A stretch of DNA of 39,069 bases, taken from Oscillospiraceae bacterium. GTDB taxonomy: Bacteria; Bacillota; Clostridia; UMGS1883. The notes below the pieces were generated by a model. The model was not told the origin of the DNA, did not search any database, and was given only the letters and a program-made list of their open reading frames with translations. Shown here piece after piece: positions 22,998 through 30,206 of the stretch. How positions within the stretch are numbered: the stretch's first letter is position 1; each line of letters begins with the position of its first letter. The stretch covers positions 1-39,069 of the forward strand of contig JAFLUQ010000004.1 in assembly GCA_022508735.1 (NCBI GenBank), written 5' to 3'. The position numbers and the translations under genes are program-made.

Positions 22998-24260
22998 ATG
23001 GCTTCTGACTTTGTTAAATACGCTAACAGCTTCCAGACCGTCATAAACCTCGGTCTCGGGCGCATATCGGCTCTGCTAAAGCTGATGGGAGACCCCCAGC
23101 GCGGGCAGCGGTTCGTGCACGTGGCCGGGACCAACGGCAAGGGCTCGGTCTGCGCCATGCTGGACGCCATACTGACAGCCGAAGGCCTCAAGGTCGGCCG
23201 ATACACCTCCCCAAACCTTGTCCGCGTGAACGAGCGCGTAGTTGTGGACGGTGAGGAGATACCCGACGAAGAGCTCAATCCTCTGCTTGAAAGGGTAGGT
23301 GCTCTATGCCCCGAGGTCGAACATATTACCGGCGAGTGCCCCACCCAGTTTGAGGTATGGACGGCAGCCGCCATGGAATACTTCAAAAACAAAAATTGCG
23401 ACATCGTCCTCCTCGAAGTGGGTCTCGGGGGGGAGTTTGACGCGACAAATGTGATAGACAAAAACGCGCTTGCCGTAATAACCCGCGTTGCTCTTGATCA
23501 CTGTGCCTATCTCGGCAATACCACCGCCGAGATTGCCAAAGCCAAGTGCGGCATAATGAAGCCCGGCGGCCTTACTGTGGCTCTTTCGCAAGAAGCGGAG
23601 GTCAACGCCGTGATCATGGACTGCGCAAAAAAAGCGGGCAACCGCCTTGTATTCGCCTGTGCCCCGGAAAGCGAGGGCCACGACGGACTTTCGGAAATTT
23701 TCAGCTATAAAAGCATGACCGGGCTTAAGAGCGCTCTGGGCGGCCCTCACCAAAGAGAGAACGCCGCCATAGCCATAGAGGCCGCACTGGCGCTGGGAGT
23801 GAGCGAAAGCTCCATAAGACAAGGGCTCGCCGCCACCCGCCACCGCGGGCGGCTTGAACCTCTCTCTGATGACATTATATTTGACGGCGCCCACAACCCT
23901 AACGGTGTGGAGGCCCTTTGCGCCGCGCTTGACCGCTGCTTTCCGGGCCGGGAGCGGACAGTTATCTTTGCCTGCATGAAAGATAAAGACATCATTCCCT
24001 CGCTGAAAATGCTCTCGGCCTCGGCCCGGCACTTTATATTTACCCGCGTGGTGGGAAATCCCCGTTCTATGACGGAGAACGATTTAAAGACGCTTGCTGC
24101 TGAAAACGGCATAGACGGCGAAGCCGCGCCTGATCTCGCAGCGGCACTCGAGCTTTCGGAAAAATATCCCGGCAGCCTTCGCGTGATCTGCGGTTCACTG
24201 TATCTGTACGAGTCAATTCCTAAAATTATTGACAATCCGCGTTATAAGTGTTATAATTAA
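22998..24260 (+). CDS. folC: Folylpolyglutamate synthase / dihydrofolate synthase FolC, 420 aa
   Basis: Mur-ligase-type P-loop HVAGTNGKGSV, and the LLEVGLGGEFDATNV and FDGAHNP motifs. Start re-called to the ATG at 22998, 9 nt after AAGGAG. The track's ATG at 22989 directly abuts the SD. Confidence 0.9.
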   Translation: MASDFVKYANSFQTVINLGLGRISALLKLMGDPQRGQRFVHVAGTNGKGSVCAMLDAILTAEGLKVGRYTSPNLVRVNERVVVDGEEIPDEELNPLLERVGALCPEVEHITGECPTQFEVWTAAAMEYFKNKNCDIVLLEVGLGGEFDATNVIDKNALAVITRVALDHCAYLGNTTAEIAKAKCGIMKPGGLTVALSQEAEVNAVIMDCAKKAGNRLVFACAPESEGHDGLSEIFSYKSMTGLKSALGGPHQRENAAIAIEAALALGVSESSIRQGLAATRHRGRLEPLSDDIIFDGAHNPNGVEALCAALDRCFPGRERTVIFACMKDKDIIPSLKMLSASARHFIFTRVVGNPRSMTENDLKTLAAENGIDGEAAPDLAAALELSEKYPGSLRVICGSLYLYESIPKIIDNPRYKCYN

Positions 24261-24290
24261 TAATAATTATTCCAAAAAGGCGGGAAAACA

Positions 24291-25112
24291 ATGTTCAAGG
24301 AGAACAAACAGTATATCGCTGTTATTATGATAGTTGTGCTGGCAGCGGCGATGGTCACTATGTATGCCGTGAACAGGCGCAATCAGCAAGCGCAATTAGC
24401 CGGCTATGCTGAGGCCGTTTCTCTCTTTCAGGAAAGGCAGGCGGCCCGAATTGCGGCCGCTGACGAGCGCGAACATCGTAGGGCGGAAGCAGCAGAAACC
24501 GTAGCCTTTGCGGCATCGGTGCACCTGCCCGGTGTGGCGTTTTACGGAACTAATTTAAGCTACAATGAGGTCGGCGCGAGTCTGCCTGTCTTAGTTGAGG
24601 CACTTATAGATCAGAATGTTTATGATTCGCCGGTGAGCACGGTAAATGTGCTTGACCCTCATGAAACGGCCCTGCAAAAGACATACCTTCCGGTAATATT
24701 TATCAATGCGGACGCGTGGGACGGCACCATCGATGGTCTTATTTCACGTCAGAACGAGCTTATTGCAGGCCGCGAGCGCTACATAGTTTTGGGTATGCCC
24801 ACCGGCAGCCGGGAAGAAATGATGTACGTCGAAGCCGCTATGCTTGCGGAATACGGCGAAAAGTATATAAATCTGCGCGAATATCTCAGCACCGACGGCA
24901 TGGCGAGCATAAGCCTGCCCATTTCCGAGGCGGACATGGCAGCTATGGCCGAGGGGCGCATCCCCCCCGGACTCCTGGCAAGCGACGGCGTAAACCTGAA
25001 CGAGTCCGGCTACAAGCTGGCGGCCTTTCTTACATACGACCGCATGTCAGAGCTGGGCTATTTCAACGAAGTGCTCAGCGCAATTGATGAGTACAACGAA
25101 AAAGTAAGCTGA
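24291..25112 (+). CDS. Membrane-anchored hypothetical protein with a degenerate SGNH-hydrolase-like domain, 273 aa
   Basis: N-terminal TM helix IAVIMIVVLAAAMVTMYAV. VAFYGTNLS sits where SGNH block I (GDSxx) would lie. DGVNLNESGYKLAA resembles block V (DGvHlN..Gy..lA) with Asn in place of His. Confidence 0.5.
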   Translation: MFKENKQYIAVIMIVVLAAAMVTMYAVNRRNQQAQLAGYAEAVSLFQERQAARIAAADEREHRRAEAAETVAFAASVHLPGVAFYGTNLSYNEVGASLPVLVEALIDQNVYDSPVSTVNVLDPHETALQKTYLPVIFINADAWDGTIDGLISRQNELIAGRERYIVLGMPTGSREEMMYVEAAMLAEYGEKYINLREYLSTDGMASISLPISEADMAAMAEGRIPPGLLASDGVNLNESGYKLAAFLTYDRMSELGYFNEVLSAIDEYNEKVS

Positions 25113-25161
25113 TAAAGCTCCCGTTTGGAGAATATTTTGCGCCTGTCTGGAGGATTTACGC

Positions 25162-25758
25162 TTGATAGACACAGTAGTTTTTGATATAGGCAACGTGCTT
25201 GCGGCTTTTGACTGGCCCGGCTTCATTCGGGGCTTCGGCTTCAGTCCAAAGGCCGAAAAGGAGATCGCAGAGGCGGTTTTTAAGAGTAATGAATGGAAGC
25301 AGGTGGACCTTGGTCTTAAGAGTGACGAGGAACTGATCGGGTTATTCACGGCCAACGCGCCTCAGTGGGCGGAAGAGATAAGGGCCATATTTGAAAAATG
25401 GCAGTATTCAGTGGTGGAGTATCCCTTTGCCGAGGGCTGGGTCAAGGAGCTCAAGGCCCAAGGCTTGAAAGTATATATCCTCTCAAACTACGGCCGGACG
25501 ATGTTTGAGTACGCTCGGAATAAATTCAAATTTCTTCGGCATATAGACGGCGGCGTGGTTTCCTATCAGATAAATAAAATCAAGCCTGATCCGGATATCT
25601 ATCGGACGCTTATAGAGAAGTACGATTTAGAGCCCGATCGGGCTGTATTCCTCGATGATCTGCCTGACAACATAAATGCCGCGGCCGCCTTAGGTTTTAA
25701 CACTATACTGGTGACAAACCACGACGCGGCGGCAGCGGAGCTTGAAAAATTATTATAA
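25162..25758 (+). CDS. HAD superfamily hydrolase (subfamily IA-like), 198 aa, TTG start
   Basis: Motif I VVFDIGNVL, motif II-like ILSNYG, and a motif IV-like FLDDLPDNI. GGAGGA lies 7 nt upstream of the TTG. Confidence 0.75.
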   Translation: MIDTVVFDIGNVLAAFDWPGFIRGFGFSPKAEKEIAEAVFKSNEWKQVDLGLKSDEELIGLFTANAPQWAEEIRAIFEKWQYSVVEYPFAEGWVKELKAQGLKVYILSNYGRTMFEYARNKFKFLRHIDGGVVSYQINKIKPDPDIYRTLIEKYDLEPDRAVFLDDLPDNINAAAALGFNTILVTNHDAAAAELEKLL

Positions 25759-25767
25759 AAATACCAA

Positions 25768-25807
25768 ACGTAAAAACAGTGGGCCATGCGGCCCACTGTT
25801 TTTACGT
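25768..25807. terminator. Bidirectional intrinsic terminator shared by the HAD gene (+) and mini-ORF 2 (-)
   Basis: ACGTAAAAACAGTGGGCC-ATGC-GGCCCACTGTTTTTACGT is an 18-bp perfect inverted repeat that includes the A and T tracts. Confidence 0.85.
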
Positions 25808-25809
25808 GA

Positions 25810-25989
25810 TCAATGATTAAAGCCTTTCCAGATACTGTAATCTTTGGAGGTGTCGTCAGTGAGTTTGTTACTGTAGTCAACGGCATTGATCTTTGCAAGA
25901 TTCATTGAAACAAGCGGCTCATCCATGATGGAATTAGCCGGATCCAGCGCCTCTATGCACACCTGGGGAATTTCAAAATATCTCTTCAT
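25810..25989 (-). CDS. Mini-ORF 2 (59 aa), paralogue of 5133..5306; unknown function
   Basis: MKRYFEIPQVCIEALDPANSIMDEPLVSMNLAKINAVDYSNKLTDDTSKDYSIWKGFNH. Start re-called to the ATG at 25989, with GGAGG 8 nt upstream. The track's start at 26055 would overlap the upstream gene. Confidence 0.65.
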   Translation of the reverse strand: MKRYFEIPQVCIEALDPANSIMDEPLVSMNLAKINAVDYSNKLTDDTSKDYSIWKGFNH

Positions 25990-26002
25990 GTTTATTACCT
26001 CC

Positions 26003-29000
26003 TCAGACTTCTTCCACGAAACTAAGCTCGCCGGAAACGGCCTCGTCCGCGGCACTTTCCGCTATATCCTCAAGCACGAATTCAATGTCCTCAAGGTAGA
26101 TGACAGCGGCCTCAAGGCCGATGCCGTTCAGGCCCACAATTTTGGCACTTGCGCCGTTTACCTCAACGGACAATGATGTTCCGTCAGAAGCCTCAACAGC
26201 CATTTTGTCGCCAAAGGTCAGGCCCGCCTTAACCACGTTTTCGTTGAGCGTGATCTCGTCGCCTTTGAGCTCCATGATTAGCGCAGCCTCATCGTTAAGC
26301 TTCCAGGCGCTATTCTCCTTGATGAGGTAGAAGCCGCCGTCATTGAGTACCTTGAGCGCGGCATCCTTCTGATCGGATTTGATAGGAGCATCAAAGTTCT
26401 TAAGAGCCTTAGCCACAAGGCTGTATACACTGGCAGGATCGCTGGCGTTAACGCCTACATAACCATTAGAGTCAGTCACCTTGGCGGTGTATATGGCGTT
26501 GGTGTGAACCGGAGCAACCGCAATACCCTTGATATCATCATTTACTGTAATATCCTTCTCGCCGATAGATGTAGTACCGTTAAATACTTCAACTGTGTAT
26601 GTTCCGGTCACGCCCTCGCCGAACAGGAAGTCAACAGTAAAGTTCTTACCATCCCAGCCAAGAGCAGGAGTTACACTGGCAACATCAACTGTCTTGCCAA
26701 CAATTTTAATGTCATTGCCTCTGAGTCTGTACAAACCACCGTGGCTGTCGCCGAAGATAACTACCTTTCCGCTTTCACCAATGATTCTGTTCATCTTTTC
26801 CGCATCAAGGGAAATGCTGACTGGAGTTGCGTCAGTGTTATCCGCATTAACACTATTAGTGTAGAAAGCCACCTTGTTTTCATCGGTAAAATTGGCAGTT
26901 ACTGCCGTAAAGTCGGAAATATCCAGTTTCTGATAATCCTCATAGCTGATTGCATAGAAATTCACATTGTTTGTACCGGTAGTATAGTCACGCAGTCTTG
27001 TTGCGTCAAGCGTGTAAGAATTATGTCCTCTTTCAACCTCAAGAATCGCAACACCGACACGTCTGTTATCGCTGGCTGCACCCACAGCACCCCAGTTATA
27101 TGCCGAAAAATTGGTATCCAATGTTCCGCCTTCGTAGTATGCCAGTGTGCGGCCTACAGTCTTGCGCTCGTCTTTCTGTATGGTGTAAACATTGCTCGGC
27201 AAAGCAGCAACCGTAAGATCGATACTTCCGTTATAGGGAACAGGTATAACTGCTGAACCTGCCGAAGTAGGCGTATCAGTAACAACGTAGTAGCCGTAGT
27301 CTCCACCCTTGAATAACTCGTGACCCTCGGTATAAAGCGTACCAACCATGAGCTGCTTTGTTTCGGACTGCTCGATCGTGCCTTTATAATTAACTGTAAT
27401 ATCCTGAGCCTCATTGCAGCTCTTGAGAAGTCTAACGATATCGTCAGTGTTTGACCCCGCATTATTGACCATAACAACAGGGAGCGAGGAAAGCCAGTTG
27501 GGATAGCTTGTTCCACTAAGGGCGCTGTACAAATTATTATTATCCGTAGTAGCCTGATTTACAAGGCTGGTAAGAATACTCTCTGACTGCGCCTGCATTA
27601 CGCGGAACATGTCAACGATCGGATGGTTTCCATCTCTTTTGCTCATTTTATCGATCTGATTGTTTATATAACCCGCACTGAAAGAACTCTGTATTTTTGT
27701 ACCAGATGAAGGCTCATAATTCGAGTAAAGCTTTCCGGCAAAGGATTCCGCACTGCTGTATCCGCGAAGAATAAATTTGCCGATACTTGAAAGAGTTGCT
27801 TTATCCCTGCCAAAAAGAACGATGTTTGCCTTTGTTCCGTTATTTGTAAGTCCTCCGTAGGTTTGTGCCGCTAAATCAGAATCCTTATTAAGGGTCACAA
27901 AATCATTTATTCCGGTTGTCGTCAGCAGGCTGTCAATGGCGCGCCATGTGTCAGGTGTACTGTTGCCATCGGAATTAACATTATCCCATGCCTCCTGAAA
28001 GTCAAGAACAATTATTTCGCCGGGATGCTCCTTAGCCCACTGTGCCACCGTAACCATTATCGGTGCAAATTCGCCGCTGAGGAATCCGTGCGTTGTGTAA
28101 AACACACTGTTTGTATGAGGTGCAGTATGTTTTGTTTTAAATATAATCCCAGTTTCTATAACGAAATCACTTGATGAGCGCGAAAGGCGAATGTCAAAAT
28201 AACGAACACCGCTGTCTAGCAGCCCAAGAGCATCCTTTTCCTGTGCCTTGCTTGCCGATGCTCCTGTGCCGCCATCAGCCTTTGTTACTGTTTGAGAACC
28301 CGTGTCACCCTGCTGACTTCCAGCTGCATCCATCTTATTCGTTATCTCCGCCGTGAACGCATCATGCGCCCCCAGCATATTAAGAGAAATAAAGGGCGTG
28401 TCATTGGCAACATTATCAAAGAAGCGTTCCGGTTTTGTTGCCTCATATGTAAGGGTTATGGTTTTGTCGCTTGTATTTACTTCCTTTTTCTTAAATACAT
28501 ATCCCTCTTTATACGGAATTACAAGGTTGGGGAATATCTTTTCTCCATTATATCCGAGGTCCGTCGATTCTGTCGTGGTAACTGTATATTCATCAGCCTT
28601 CACGCCGCTGAATTTAACCGTGTAATTCTGAATGCTGCTGGCCGCTTCGGGAGCGTAGAACTTAACGTTGCTTATCTTCAGGTCGCCGTTAGCGCCGCTG
28701 CCGTTGGTAAGCATGGTGATCGTGTTTATGTAATCGGAATCTGTACGGAAGTGACGTGTGCCGCTCTCATACGTGCTGCCGTCTGCCTTGGTAAGAGTAA
28801 GGTTATATTCATCTGTATAGGCATTGGCAGTCATAAAAATTCTATAAGTCTCGCCTGCCGCAACGGTAGTTATTGACGGAAGATTTGAATTATTACCCTT
28901 GCCATCACCGCCCGTGGGGCTAAAGCTGCCATTTGTGCCAAGACCGATCTGCCCGGCACCGAAAATCTTACCGTCCGCGCCTATCTGAACGGAGGAGTCA

Positions 29001-30061
29001 CGTATGGCGTTAACTGTCAGATCAAATTCCATGCTGAATTCCTGTGACAGACTGACGGGCAGATATACAACATTGCCCGGCTGTCCGTTGTAGGATTCCT
29101 GATCCGGCATGGCAAAGGTCATGGGGTAAACGACAATGGTGGTGCTTACGTCAGTCCCTCCGGCCGTACCTTTAAGTTCAAAGGTTTTTACATCTGAACC
29201 GGTTGTAAAATCAGCGTTTTCCCATGTGACAGGAGTCTCTGTTCCACGGATAGAAACTGTTTTAGGAAGAATGGGTTCGTTACCGCTGATCACGCTTATT
29301 GGTGCAACATAGGATTCCGGCATCACAGCACCGATTGTAAGGTCAATGAAACCGATATGCTCGTAATTATCCCAATAACCGCCAAGACCTTGAATCGCTC
29401 CAAAACCATTAATCACATCCGCAGCTGAATTATTTGTTGCAACCTTTTTACCGTCTACATAGTATTCAACGGTATGGGTGGCTCCGTCGGCATTGTTATA
29501 TGCAACAATAGCCATATCCGTGCCAATTTCAGGATAGCCCATAGCATAATATCCGTCGCTATTTGTTTCATCAGCAACCGTATGGTTTTTATCTAATTTA
29601 AGAAAAGCAATTTCTTTTCCGTTTGAATCTTTGAAGGAAAAGTCATAATAGCATGTGCCACCCGCACCCGGACCGACCTGCCCCTTATGCTTCCACTCAA
29701 TTATTACCTTTTCGGCACCTTTAGCCTGAGCAGCTGCAGGGGCGGAAACAGTCGCATTAAGGTCAGTATTAACCGGGCTGTAAAACTGCAAGGTTATTCC
29801 CTCATTATATGATCTCAGATTTGCATACCCGGCATTGACAGATGTCGACCAGCCCGACCAGTTCGACGCAACCGGCGCGTTACCATCGTTGTCTGTTCCC
29901 ACTAAGCTGTTGTCAGGAGCGCTCCATATTACGGTTGCACCTTCAATAGTGTTGATAACCGTAGTAGACGAAGCTGCCCCGGCGGTGATCGCCAATCCTG
30001 GGACCAGGGCCGTGATCATGGCTATTGCCAAAAGCATGGCCAAAAGTTTTTTGGTTTTCAT
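26003..30061 (-). CDS. Giant secreted modular protein 2 (1352 aa): signal peptide, shared N-module, Ig-like domain, LamG-like domain, PI-PLC X-domain-like module, beta-rich region, shared C-module
   Basis: Start re-called to the ATG at 30061 (MKTKKLLAMLLAIAMITALVPGLAITAGA), with GGGAGGA upstream. The track start at 30229 overlaps asnB. PI-PLC-like motifs: LGAHDAF, GVRYFDIRLS and YTTHGF. The C-terminal 220 aa are homologous to those of 5322..9794. Confidence 0.85.
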   Translation of the reverse strand: MKTKKLLAMLLAIAMITALVPGLAITAGAASSTTVINTIEGATVIWSAPDNSLVGTDNDGNAPVASNWSGWSTSVNAGYANLRSYNEGITLQFYSPVNTDLNATVSAPAAAQAKGAEKVIIEWKHKGQVGPGAGGTCYYDFSFKDSNGKEIAFLKLDKNHTVADETNSDGYYAMGYPEIGTDMAIVAYNNADGATHTVEYYVDGKKVATNNSAADVINGFGAIQGLGGYWDNYEHIGFIDLTIGAVMPESYVAPISVISGNEPILPKTVSIRGTETPVTWENADFTTGSDVKTFELKGTAGGTDVSTTIVVYPMTFAMPDQESYNGQPGNVVYLPVSLSQEFSMEFDLTVNAIRDSSVQIGADGKIFGAGQIGLGTNGSFSPTGGDGKGNNSNLPSITTVAAGETYRIFMTANAYTDEYNLTLTKADGSTYESGTRHFRTDSDYINTITMLTNGSGANGDLKISNVKFYAPEAASSIQNYTVKFSGVKADEYTVTTTESTDLGYNGEKIFPNLVIPYKEGYVFKKKEVNTSDKTITLTYEATKPERFFDNVANDTPFISLNMLGAHDAFTAEITNKMDAAGSQQGDTGSQTVTKADGGTGASASKAQEKDALGLLDSGVRYFDIRLSRSSSDFVIETGIIFKTKHTAPHTNSVFYTTHGFLSGEFAPIMVTVAQWAKEHPGEIIVLDFQEAWDNVNSDGNSTPDTWRAIDSLLTTTGINDFVTLNKDSDLAAQTYGGLTNNGTKANIVLFGRDKATLSSIGKFILRGYSSAESFAGKLYSNYEPSSGTKIQSSFSAGYINNQIDKMSKRDGNHPIVDMFRVMQAQSESILTSLVNQATTDNNNLYSALSGTSYPNWLSSLPVVMVNNAGSNTDDIVRLLKSCNEAQDITVNYKGTIEQSETKQLMVGTLYTEGHELFKGGDYGYYVVTDTPTSAGSAVIPVPYNGSIDLTVAALPSNVYTIQKDERKTVGRTLAYYEGGTLDTNFSAYNWGAVGAASDNRRVGVAILEVERGHNSYTLDATRLRDYTTGTNNVNFYAISYEDYQKLDISDFTAVTANFTDENKVAFYTNSVNADNTDATPVSISLDAEKMNRIIGESGKVVIFGDSHGGLYRLRGNDIKIVGKTVDVASVTPALGWDGKNFTVDFLFGEGVTGTYTVEVFNGTTSIGEKDITVNDDIKGIAVAPVHTNAIYTAKVTDSNGYVGVNASDPASVYSLVAKALKNFDAPIKSDQKDAALKVLNDGGFYLIKENSAWKLNDEAALIMELKGDEITLNENVVKAGLTFGDKMAVEASDGTSLSVEVNGASAKIVGLNGIGLEAAVIYLEDIEFVLEDIAESAADEAVSGELSFVEEV

Positions 30062-30115
30062 TTTCTGTTTTCCTCCCTTTTTGTTTTTAACTTGAACCAA
30101 TATTAACCTGAGTAT

Positions 30116-30144
30116 AGTATACCATAACCACACCCCGGACGCAA
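30116..30144 (-). promoter_or_regulatory. Sigma-A promoter (extended -10) for giant protein 2
   Basis: On the minus strand: TTGCGT (30144-30139), a 17-nt spacer ending in TGg, then TATACT (30121-30116). Confidence 0.55.
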
Positions 30145-30172
30145 GTGTTTTTTTGTTTTTTTGATAACGAAA

Positions 30173-30196
30173 CCCCGGGGCCGAAGGGCACCGGGG
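30173..30196 (-). terminator. Hairpin terminator downstream of asnB
   Basis: The minus strand reads CCCCGGTGCC-CTTC-GGCCCCGGGG, a 10-bp stem with one mismatch, followed by TTTCGTT. The T-tract is weak. Confidence 0.5.
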
Positions 30197-30206
30197 CGAG
30201 TCTATG

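Noticed and set aside
25990-26055. The 22-codon N-terminal extension of mini-ORF 2 as listed in the track.
   Set aside because: It would overlap the last 53 nt of the upstream giant gene. The ATG at 25989 has GGAGG 8 nt upstream and aligns with the start of mini-ORF 1.
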